Source: Glaucostegus cemiculus (taxonomy: Eukaryota). Taken from it: DNA of 64,000 nucleotides. The stretch is from positions 2,976,001-3,040,000 of the forward strand of contig CDPCPM010000043.1 of NCBI GenBank assembly GCA_976551045.1. Reading direction: 5' to 3'. The stretch's first letter is position 1. Each line of letters begins with the position of its first letter. The position numbers were made by a program, and so were the translations under genes. Below are positions 40,401 through 52,400 of the stretch, one piece after another. The notes under the pieces are model-generated. The model ran no database searches and was not told the DNA's origin. It saw nothing but the letters and a program-made list of their open reading frames with translations.

Positions 40401-43400
40401 GTGGTGCAGGCAAGAAAGAGCATCACTTGAGAATGGTCAATAGCTCATTTTATTTCGGAAGACCACTGGTTTAGGTGAAAGATAAAGTATTGGTGATGGG
40501 GAGAAGGGATAACATATCCTGTTATTTCATCAATTTGTCATTGAGTTTACTTGGTGCTCAGTGGGAGATGGGATATGTTGCATCACCAGATCTAGTCTGA
40601 TGTCCGTGTTGGGCATCCACAGTAAAACATCTGGATATGGGTTTCTGGTGAGCAGATCAATATAACGCACTCCTTACGACAAAAACTCCTCTTACTCACT
40701 TGCCCACCAGATTGTCAGGCAGCGGATAGATGGCTCTTTTCCATTCTTTGGCAGGGAAGAACACCGATGGCTGAGTGATGTCACCAGAGCATCGTGGGTC
40801 AGCCGGGAGACACTGTAGCATCAGGTACTGCCAATTCACACCAAAGTCAGTCGAATACTGAACGTGGACTTGATTCTGAACGACCTTTTCTGTGGTCTTG
40901 CAGCCTACTGAAATCTGAAAAGAAAACCTGAATGAATTCCTTAAGCTGGGATCACTGATATTTTTCACTGATTAGTATTTTTCTTTACCCTAATTATAAT
41001 AATGTTCCATTTCATTTGCAGAGTGATGATCTGTCTTTCAAAAGGTCCAAACCAATGCTGGATATTTATTACCTTTCATCTGCAGGGATAACGTGAGCTG
41101 AAATAGAAGACAAAATACTGGAAACACTCAGGAGCTCAGGCAACATCTGTGAAAGTGAAACAGAGCTCACATTTCAGGTCTGAGGCCCTTTGTCAGAAAT
41201 GTTGACTATTTCTATTGCCATTGATGCTGCCTGACATGCTGAGGATTTCCAGCATTTTCTGATTTCAGTTTTCTCACATTTGTAGTTTTTTTTTAAATTT
41301 TCATTAATATGAGCTGATGATCTACAAAATAAAATTCCAAGTGCATTATCTAAGCTGATGCTTCAGTGAAATACCAAGGACTTGTGGCACAGTGTAGTAC
41401 TTTTAATCAACATGTTAATCTGAGACATGTATTGATTGTACTGTCTTTCCTCTATATATTTTTATAAAATAACAAAAACTATTTTGAAAGATTTAAGTAT
41501 TGAACCACAATAAAGGGCTAACACTCAATGCAATACTGAAGGAGGGCTGCCCCATTGGTTCTGATCTTTCACGTGGGACATTAAACTGGGGCCTTTTCTA
41601 CTCTCTTGCCTGTGAGGGAGGTGTAGTGGTTAAATTATGGATCAATAATTTGATTTGGAGAATGAAGTTCAAAATTCAGTTAATCGAATACTCCGGAAGT
41701 AAAGAAGAACTAATTTCCAGCATTGGCGATTATCCTAGTTAGGAAAGGGAATCTACTTGCCTCAACCAAGTGATCCGACATGCGACTCTAGACCCATAGT
41801 AACATGGCTGATTCTTAACTGTCCATTGAAAATGGAATCACATATTAATGTGGCAAAGTTCTCCTCACAAAAGTCCAGGGACTAGTGTCATTTCCAAACC
41901 ATTGACCTTTACTTCTAAATAAGTCAGTGGCTGTAAGTGCACGGGAATAGCACAGCCTAAAAGTTCCCCTCCAAGCCCCACAATACTCTGACTTGGAAAT
42001 GTCCTGCCATTCTTTCAGCATCACTGGGTCTAATTCCAACTCTGTGGAAGTATCTTTTACCAGAGGGACTATCCCAAGGGCAATTAAGGATGGGCTTGCT
42101 GGCACTGCCTATTTCCCCTTTCTGAAAAAGTGCAAGACCCATGCCACTGAACACCAATGAACAGGATGGGAGTTCCTCCTGGTATCTTTACCATTATACG
42201 TCCCTCAATAATAACACTAGGAACAAGTATTTGGTCACAATCACATAACTGTTTGTGGGGCTTCTGTGGATAAACTGGTTGCCAAGTTTTCTTTATTATA
42301 AACAGTGACTACTCTTTAAACAAAAAAAACCCAAATAATTCAATGTGATGTTTATAACTAAAATTAGTGCTTGTCAATATGCTCAGTTTATTAACATTCA
42401 TTTCAAATGACTTCAGCTAATCCTGCAAAAAAAAAGTGAAAAAAGAAACAAATAAAAGCAGGAAACTGGAAAAGTGCTGGCTGTACTTCACAGACCAGTC
42501 AGCTTCTCTTCGAGGAATCCACATTAACACCAGTCACAAGACTACCATCTGATGACTGAAATGTTAATGTCTCAATGTAAGGCACTGACTTTCTTTGTTA
42601 TAATTTTGTTACTGCAGAGCTTCCTGAAAACTGAAGTTGGACCAAAGGGTGGAAAATGCAGCATTGCCTTGGCAATGCACTGCAGCATCAACCCAGACTA
42701 GACTTTTACAGCTTTCCAAATCCCTCCCCCTCCAGGTTATTTATTTATTTGTTTGTTTGTTTGTTATTTACAGCATGGTAACAGGCCCTTTCGGCCCAAC
42801 AAGTCCGCGTCGCCCATTTTAAACACCCAAATTAACCTACCCGTACATCTTTCAGAAGGTGGGAGGAAACCGGAGCACCCGGAGGAAACCCACGCAGACA
42901 TGGGGAGAACGTACAAACTCCTTACAGTCAGCGACGGGAATCGAACCCCGATCGCTGGCGCTGTAACAGCATCGCGCTAACCGCTACGCTATCATGCTGC
43001 CCTACTTAAACTCCAGTTAAACTCTAAACATGATTAGGCTTTCCTCTTCCAAAAGTTTTACAATTAGAATTTTTCCTTCAATGTGTATAATAGAATATTA
43101 AATGCTACATTCAATTTTACTTTGCAAGACGATGAAAAGCTTCACCTTGAACTGCACAATCCAGTCTTCGCTAGGTGTGAGGTCATGGGTTGTTGCATCA
43201 ACTTCCCGACCATCATGGCTGCCGCACAGCATCACTCCATCAGGTGAATCACAGAATCTCTCCACAGAGCACTCATCGTGGAACATCCAGTACTTGTTTA
43301 GTTTGTAAGCTGCCAATAATATTTGCAGTTTCCAGCAAGATACAACACGTTTTAGTGAAACATTACAAGTTGCACACAGCTAAAACCAACCTGAGATACT

Positions 43401-46400
43401 CCTGGCAAAAGTTAAGTTAACCTCTGGGATAACCTACAGGTTTGCTTGATTTCAAATTTCCTGTCTACTAACTGGTAAATATTAATGTTAGCCTGTAAAG
43501 TGTTGTTTTATTTGGATCTGCAGAGTAACTGTAGGGCAGCAGTAAAGATAAAATGCATACTAGAAGCTCAGGCCTTTGACAATAGAAATTTGACACTAAA
43601 CACACATAAGAATAGGACTTGAAGATAATACTCTACTTTTCACATCCTGCTCCACTGATCTCAGTGAGGATAAATGTCTTCCCCAGTGAATACTTGTCTG
43701 TGAGCTGGATGGCATTGAAAGTGTCCCTGAGGAATATAATTAGTAGCTAGTGCCTGTATTGTAGGACATAATTACAAAGTTGCAGGCTAGGTCATGATTG
43801 CAATTAGTTTACAAGTCTTTCTCCTGAGACTCCAACCGGGAGTTTGGGAGACTGGGTCTCAAGAGAGGATGTACAAGGTACTCTTGCAATATTCCTGGAG
43901 GAATTACTGCCTGACCCTATTGGTATAATTAAGCCAGAGATTAGCCAGAGGTATATTACTGAAGATCTGTTATGGTAAAATTGTATTTTCAATAAACAAA
44001 ATAAACTATTTAAATCAGAGAGTCACATGGACAGGTAATCATGTCTTCAATGTGAGATCCAGCACGTTTTGTTTCTAGTTGAATATGATCACATTGTTTC
44101 AAGATGACAAAAATGACATTCAAATAATCATGAGTTAAACTTTTCAGAGTCCAGTGTTTAAGAATTATCCAGTAAACCTTTTGTTTTAAGTATCTTAGTG
44201 ACTATTGGAAGCAGAACTATAATTTACCTGTGGGTCTTTCTTGAAATAGGTCAAAGCTGATCCTGCCCACAGGTCCACTGTCAGCAGGGCTTCGGTCATG
44301 TGGTGGGACAGGAGTACTGCTGAATGTATCCAGCATGAAGGTTCTCTCGCTGGCTGAACCAGCTATCAATACATTGTCAATAGCCCAGTCGCTCTGCTCA
44401 TGTCCATCATGGGTAGGTTGCCACCATCGGAAGCGAGCACCAACTACTTTTGCCTCAAATGGAAGGAGAATACTTACAAAGCTATAAACGAACCACAAAC
44501 ATGAATTAGTTTTAATTGTTTTCAAACATATACAAATGAAACATCCATGTAATACAATGACTATAATGCTAATGTTTGCAAGACTTTAAGAGTAAACCAG
44601 AGGCCTGAACTAATGATCCAAAACCTTGGCTTCAAATCTCACCATTGCAGCAGAGAAGTTAATTAGTTACATAAACCTGGAATTAAAAACCTATTATCAG
44701 TAATGCTCATCATGAAACTAGCAGACTGTAGTAAAAATCCAACTGGCTCCCTTTTGAGCTTCTGGAAAGGAAATCTGTCCTATTTATCCATTCTGACTTG
44801 TACACCACCCTAGACCTGTTGAGATGTGTTGACTTTAACTGCCCTTTGATATGACCAAGCAAGCTACTTAGTTCTAAAGTAATAAAGGATGGACAATGAA
44901 TGCTAGCCTTATCAGGAATGCTCACATTAAATGATTTTTTTTAAAAAAAGCATGAATAAGCAATTGTGAATGAAATTGGTTAAATTTAAGTCAATTGGCA
45001 ACAACTGCATTGCTATTCTGTCCAAACCTGCTGCTAATTTCCCCTCTTTCACTTGAAACTTTCTTCCTCAACAGTCATCACCTGAGATTACTCAGATCTT
45101 TGGCTCCTGATCTTTGCACAGGCAGCTGAAGACCAATGAAGAAGAGCCAGTTATGGTGAGAGGGAAGGAAATCAAGATGACAATATAAGCAGCAGTACTC
45201 TCACAAGTCCAGAACGTTTGGCTTAATTCAGGCAGTGGAAACACTGAGAATTTGAAATAAAACAAAAATCATGCGACAAATGGTCGTGTTTTCTCCAGTT
45301 TATTTAAAAGATACATCATGACAGCAACTGATGAGGGCTCTTTGATAAGAAACAGACTCAACACCATGAAAATCATGAAACCGCAGATGCTGGAAATCTA
45401 AAGTAAAACAGAAAATCCAAGAAAACAACAAGTCAGACAGCATCTGTGGAAGCAGAAACAGAGTTAATGTTTCAGGTCAAAGACCTTTTGTCAGAACCGG
45501 GAAAGAGAGAAGCCAAGTTGGATTAAGTCGCAGAGAGGGTGAGGCCAGAGATGCCACTGAGATAAGTTGTAGAATTCATCCAGCTGATGGGTTAATGGGG
45601 GCAGTTAGAGACAGAGAAAATGAATAACAACTATCAACTGAGAGCAGTCAGAGAGGGGGAACACAAACAAAGGAACTCAAAAGGATACTTCTCTTTCTTT
45701 TCTGGATTCTCTGTTTCCGTTTCAGGGGTTAAGTTGGTGATAAACATCATTACAAGCCCACAAACTCCCACAGCTTTTTCAACTAAATTTCCTCCCACTC
45801 TACAGCCCATAAGGACACAATTCCATTTTCCAAGATCCTCCATTTCCATTGTATTTGCTCTGATAGTGAGAATTTTCACATGGTGCCACCAAGGTGTTTT
45901 ATCTGATCCATGGCTTCTGCTCGAGCATAAGTGACAGACCCCTTGACCACATTACATCTACTTCCTATCCTTCTGTACACATATCCTGTCCTGTTGGACA
46001 GAGCTAGGGTAGAGTTCTCCAAGTCCTCACCTTCTACCCTTCAACTTTCACAATCTCCATCAAGTCCAACAGAATTCCATCAGCAGACCACAGCTTCCCC
46101 CTCCCATTCCCACAACCTACTTTCAGCACTTTTAAGGTCAGTTCCCTTTTGCCACGCTGGTCTGCCCTACCAACCACCTACCCACTTACAGCACTTTCCA
46201 TGCAATCGCAGAAGATGCAACATAGAACACAGAACAGTACAGCTCTGGACAGGCCATTCAGCCCACAATGTTGTGCCAATCTTGATGCCAATTTATACTA
46301 AGTGTGCTCCTCCTGTGTATCATCCATATCCCTCCATTCCCTTCATATTCATGAGTCTATCTAAAAGCCTCTTAAACTCCACCAAACTGCCTGCTTCACG

Positions 46401-49400
46401 ACTACCTTTCATAATCCATTCCAGGCACCTACCACTCTCTGCTTAAAACACTTGCCCCTCATGTCGCCTTTAAACTCCCCCCACCAACCTTAAAAGCGGG
46501 TGGTATGGTGTTTGATAATTCTACCCTGGGGAAAAGATTCTGACTGTCTACCTAATCTATGCTTCTCATAATTTTAAAACCCTCCATCAGGTCTCCCCTC
46601 AGCCTCCAATGCACTAAGGAGAACAATCCAACCTTTCCTTATAGCTCATACCCTCTAATCCAGGCAGCATTCCTGGTAAACCTCTTTAGCACCCTTTACT
46701 GTGACATTTTACTCTATACTGTACTGTTTTTACTGTACTACACTGTACTAATTGCACTTTGTACTAACTATGTAAATGCACTGTGTAATGAATTGACCTG
46801 TACCTCAGTACAACTGACAATAATAAACCAATACCAATACCATAGTCTCCACACCTTCCAATTAAATATCTACAATAGAACAATAGAACAATACAGCACA
46901 GAACAGGCCCTTCGGCCCATCAAGCTGTGCCATCCTACAAACATCTCCCAAACTAACTCTTTCCACCCTCATATCCTACTATTCCACATTCTTCCATGTG
47001 CTTATCTAACAATCTCTTAAACCTGTCCAACGTATCTACCTCCACTACCACCCCAGGCAGTGCATTCCATGCACCAACCACTCTCTGGGTGAACAACTTC
47101 CCTCTGACATCTCCCCTATACTTTCCACCTATTATCTTAAAGGCATGCCCTCTCGTCTTGAGCATCTGCGCTCTGGGAAAGAGGTGCTGACTATTAACTC
47201 TATCTATTCCTCTCAATATCTTAAACACCTCTATCAAGTCCCCTCTCATCCTCCTCCTCTCTAATGAGTAGAGCCCTAGCACCTTAAGCCTCTCTTTATA
47301 TTCCATACCCTCCAATCCAGGTATCATCCTGGTAAAACGCCTCTGCACCCTCTCCAACGCCTCCACATCCTTCCTATAATGCGGCGACCAGAACTGAACA
47401 CAATATTCCAAGTGCGGCCTAACTAGAGTTTTGTAAAGCAGCATCATCACCTCTCTGCTCTTGAACTCAATCCCTTTATTTATAAAAGCCAACATCCCAT
47501 AAGCCTTCTTAACAGCCCTATCCACCTGCGAGGCAACTTTGAGTGAACTGTGGATATGAACCCCCAGATCCCTCTGCTCCTCTACACTGCCAAGAACCTT
47601 ACCATTTACCTTATACTCTGTCCTGGAGTTTGTCCTTCCAAAGTGCACCACCTCACACTTCTCCGGATTAAACTCCATCTGCCACCTATCAGCCCATTTC
47701 TGCATCCTATCAATATCCCCCTGTAAGCTCCTACAGTCCTCCACACCATCTACCACACCACCGATCTTGGTGTCATCTGCAAACTTACCAACCCATCCCT
47801 CCACTCCTTCATCCAAATCATCTATGAATATAACAAAGAGTAGAGGCCCCAGAACCGATCCCTGCGGGACTCCACTAGTCACAGCCCTCCAATCCGAGGG
47901 CACTCCCTCCACCATAACCCTCTGCCTTCTACAGGAAAGCCAATTTCTTATCCACACAGCCAACCTCCCCTGGATACCTCGACCTCTGACCTTCTGAAGA
48001 AGCCTGCCATGAGGAACCTTATCGAACGCCTTACTAAAATCCATATACACTACATCCACCGCCCTGCCCTCATCAAGCTTCCTCGTCACCTCCTCAAAGA
48101 ACTCTATCAGGCTCGTGAGGCAAGATCTTCCCTTCACAAAGCCATGCTGACTGTCCCTAATCAGTCCATGACTCTCCAAGTGCTCATAGATCCTGTCCCT
48201 CAAAATCCTTTCCAACAGCTTACCTACCACAAACGTGAGGCTCACCGGTCTGTAATTTCCCGGACTATCTCTACTGCCCTTCTTAAACAAGGGAACAACA
48301 TCCGCTACTCGCCAATCCTCCGGCACCATCCCCGTGGACAACAAGGACTCAAAGATCCTCACCAGCGGATCAACAATCTCCTCCCTCACCTCTCGAAGCA
48401 GCCTGGGAAATATTCCATCGGGCCCCGGAGACTTATCAGTCTTGATACTACTTAACAATTTCATCACCTCCTCCCTCTCTATAGCTACATACTCAAGAAT
48501 ATTACCCTTGTCAGCACTCACTGTCACATCATCAAGGCCCCTCTCCTTGGTGAATACAGAGGAGAAGTATTCATTAAGTACCTCCCCTACCTCTGCCGCC
48601 TCCAGGCACATCCTCCCACCTTTGTCCTTAATAGGCCCTACCTTTACCCTAGTCATCCTTCTGCCCTTCACATAAGAGAAAAAAGCCTTGGGATTTTCCT
48701 TAACCCTACGAGCCAACATCTTTTCATGTCCCCTTCTAGCTCTCCTCAGCTCTTTCTTAAGTTCCCTTCTCACTATACTATACTCCTCACGGGCCACATC
48801 AGAGCCTTGCCACTTACACCTTACGTAAGCCTCCTTCTTCCTCCTAACCAGTCTTTCTACCTCTCTTGTCACCCACGGTTCCTTCACTATTCCATTCTTC
48901 CTCCGTCTTGCCGGAACATATCTGTCCCCAACATCCTGTAAAACATCCCTGAACAACGTCCACATCTCTACAGTACTCTGTCCTTCTAACTCTTCCCTTT
49001 CCACAACTAGGGACTCAAACAGTCTTTCCCAATAAGTCAGAGTACCTGTGATACATTTATTATTCTGCTAAAAAGATGAACTGAAAAATTGCCCTTTAAC
49101 ATGAACTAGGCTCACAACATATCCATTACCCTCCCTGCATCAGAAAATTATGAACACATAAACGTATGGCCATTTGGCTGCTTCAACCAGCTTGTCATTT
49201 AACAAGATCTGATTGTAACCTCATTACTGTATTCCTGCTCACCCTGGATAATTTATCAAGAATCTATCTTTCTCTGCTTTACATATTCCAAAACTCTGCT
49301 TCTAACGTGCTTTGAGGAAAGGTGTTCCAAACATTTCTAACCATCAGAAAATAAAACATTTTGATCTTGTCTTAAATAAGCAACCCCTTATTTTTAAACA

Positions 49401-52400
49401 GTGATGCTTCATTCTAGATTCTCCTACAAGCTTAAGCTTCATCTCCACATGCACTCTGATAAGATGTCTCAGAACCTTTTATGTTTCCCTGCCCATCTTT
49501 ATGCCATTAGCAAATTTAGCAACTATATATTTAGTGCCTTTTTCCAAGTCATTTATGGAATTTTAAAATGTTGAGGCCCAGGAACTCAGTCTTGTGGCAC
49601 ACCATTTCTCCTTATGACATAGGAGGCCATTTGACCCACTGAGTCAATGTCAGCTCTCTGAGCAATCCCATCAATTCAATTCCCCACATTTCCCAGCATT
49701 GTTTCTCATGGTCTCGTCAACCCCCCACCACCCATCCACACATAGTAGCGTTAATCTATCGTAGCCAATTAACCAACCAACCAGTTACATCAAGTCAAAC
49801 AGATCACTGACCCACATGCCCAATCTCTGGTTCCTGTTAGCCACCCAGTTTTCTTTCCACTCCAACATGTTACCTCCGGCACCCTGAGCTTTTATTTTCC
49901 TCAATAACCTTGGACACATCACCTTATAACAACCCTGGCTTTCCCTTTATCACATTATATGTTACATCTTCAAAGAAATCCAATAAGTCACCAATTGTGA
50001 TTTTCTGTTGACTTTGCCTGATAGTCTTGAATTAATTCTAAGTGCCTTTAATGCCTGTAGTAAAAGTCATCTATAATGCCTTTAGTGACAGTTTTGAATA
50101 CTTCCCCATGACAGATGTTAAGCTAACTGGCCTATAGTTTCCTGCTTTCAGTCTCCCTCCCTTTATGAATGAAAAAGAGGGACCTAATATAATTCTGATT
50201 GTAAACCAGCTGCAGAGGCACAAACGGATTTCAGAGCAAAGCAGATTGTGGAAACTTCAACCGGGAAGTTTCATTCCACCTACTCTGTTGTCCAGTGGGG
50301 CTCCATTGCAAGACTCTGGCAGCATTGACACTTCAGCTGCAGCAGTTTGGTCTTATACCCACACCATAGTTAATGCATCTTTTTATTTTGGCAGCTCTCC
50401 AAGGAAGTCCATGTGTATGAGTACTCAAGACACTCACCTTGGCTTATTGTATTGGTCAAAGAAGATTTCCATTAAGATGTTCCATGTGATGCCTCCATTG
50501 ATAGAATAATCCAGAAAGACTCCCTGATTGCGATTGTTTGGGGGAACAAGGCAGCCATACATGAAGTAAAACTGAATAAACTCAGCATCTGTGAGGTCCA
50601 GATCTACCGTCACCAACTGACGTGTGCAACCCTAAAGGAGAGGTATAATTCCATCAAGTTTTAGGCATGTTGGATGTCAATTTCTCTCAGCACAACATTT
50701 TTTAAAACATTATTGGAAAGCAAATAGTTGTGCAACTTAACGCAAGGAGCCTTGGAACACGGATTAACATGACAGCACCCTTGTGCTTTTGTAAAATTTC
50801 TGGTCTTCAGGTTTCTCCTTTTTGGGAAAACTGGCACAAAGTTGTTAATCTTTGTTAATACCCAAGGGTGATTACTGTCATATTCTACAGGGCATTTGTC
50901 CAAAGAGTCAATGGTATAACTCATCTCCTATTTAAGACAAAATGACTGTTTCCTCTCCACAGATGCAGCTCAGCATTTCCAGCACTATTTTATTCCTAAT
51001 TAAAGACTTTAGTGTAAATACGTGGCAATTCTTCAGGCCTTTTAACGGGGTTTGTTTGAAGCTTCTGACGATGAAAGTATTCTGATTAAAATATTGAAAC
51101 CTGCACTTCAACTTTTGTTTTTATATTAAAATGGTTTGTCCTTGTGGAAGTAAAGGAACTAACAGGAAAAAAAAAGTAGTGACTAGAAACAGGTAGTAGC
51201 TCAGGCAGCATCAGTGTGAACAGAAAGAGAATTAAAGTTTCAGTTCAAAGTTGCTGCATCAGAACCTGGAGAGAAAACAAGCAGTAAATTTCAGAGTGAG
51301 CAGGGGATGGATGGATAGGGCAAAGGGAATATCATTGACTGGGGGGGGTGGGGGGGGCAAGATCACAATGGTTTTAAGCTGTTGATGAAGCCATCAGTTT
51401 GATTGATTAATTAGGACAATTATCAAGGAAGAAGACAAACACAGCTGTCAAATGTGTATTTGACAGTAATGCATATTATTTTCATGTATGTTGTCACAGC
51501 ATTTGCATGTCCCTTTGTTAACTGTTTCTCCTTCCATTGATGCTGCCTGACTGGTTGAATGTTTCCAGAATTTTGTTTTCTTATTTCAGATTTCCAGCAT
51601 GTACAGTTTTTGTTTTGATTTTCATTGAAAGGAACTAAGGATCGCCTCAGAAAACTGACATGAGAGAGAGTGTAGGTAAGATGTGCATTCTGAGTTACAA
51701 GTATGGACCTCAGCCCCACCGTAATTGAGAATGGACTCAGTAGCCACAGCTACAGGTGCATCGTTAAAACTGTCTGGATGCATTCCCAATAGGTGCAGCA
51801 CAAAGATAGCAATGACTAATTAGAAATAAACAAGAGTCTGTGCTATATTGTCAGGACTGTGTTTTGAATACAGAGGGGAATCTAAAACTAGAGGGCATAG
51901 GTTTAAGGTGAAGGGGGAATATTTAAAGGGGACCTGAGGGACAAGTTTGGATCGCATTCAAAAATACATGTACACATTACACAACGCCGACAGCAACTTG
52001 CCTTATTATGCATGTGAGAGGGGATTAAGAGCAAGCAATCAGTTGCTCATCTATGTAAGCTGGATCCCACAGAGGAGCCAGGAAAAATCTTGGGACAGGA
52101 GCAAACTTTCAGTGGGTTACAAATCCACAGCATTTTGATTTACTTCTATTCTGATTGGCTGCACATTGAGGCCACATCTGAATTGATTTGACTGCTGTAC
52201 AGATAAGCTTAGGATAATAATTAAAATACAAATACACAGCAGAAATGAAAGCTAAATGTTTGGTAATTAAACCCAGTTATCAGCCATTCCAGGAAACACC
52301 TATGGCTTTTGTTCTTTCTTCTTGCTGTGTAACTCAACATCATTTAGATATCAACACCAATTCAAGGCCATAAAAGCTGTTTATTGCACAAGCACTTCAG

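Larger units (their letters stand above)
45860..49050 (+). mobile_element. Penelope-like element relic, split by nested insertions
   Basis: [10 protein letters not shown]...FPCNRRRCN ends at 46221 and resumes after 48976 as [15 protein letters not shown]...TC. Confidence 0.6.

Noticed and set aside
44472-44477. Perfect GTAAGT 4 nt inside exon 50 as a recursive or cryptic donor
   Set aside because: Explained by Val-Ser codons; its use would shift the frame and nothing else supports it.
10202-49004. Reverse transcriptase ORFs as a retron, DGR or other novel RT system
   Set aside because: Motifs, 5' truncations and microsatellite tails identify ordinary CR1 and Rex non-LTR retrotransposons in vertebrate introns.
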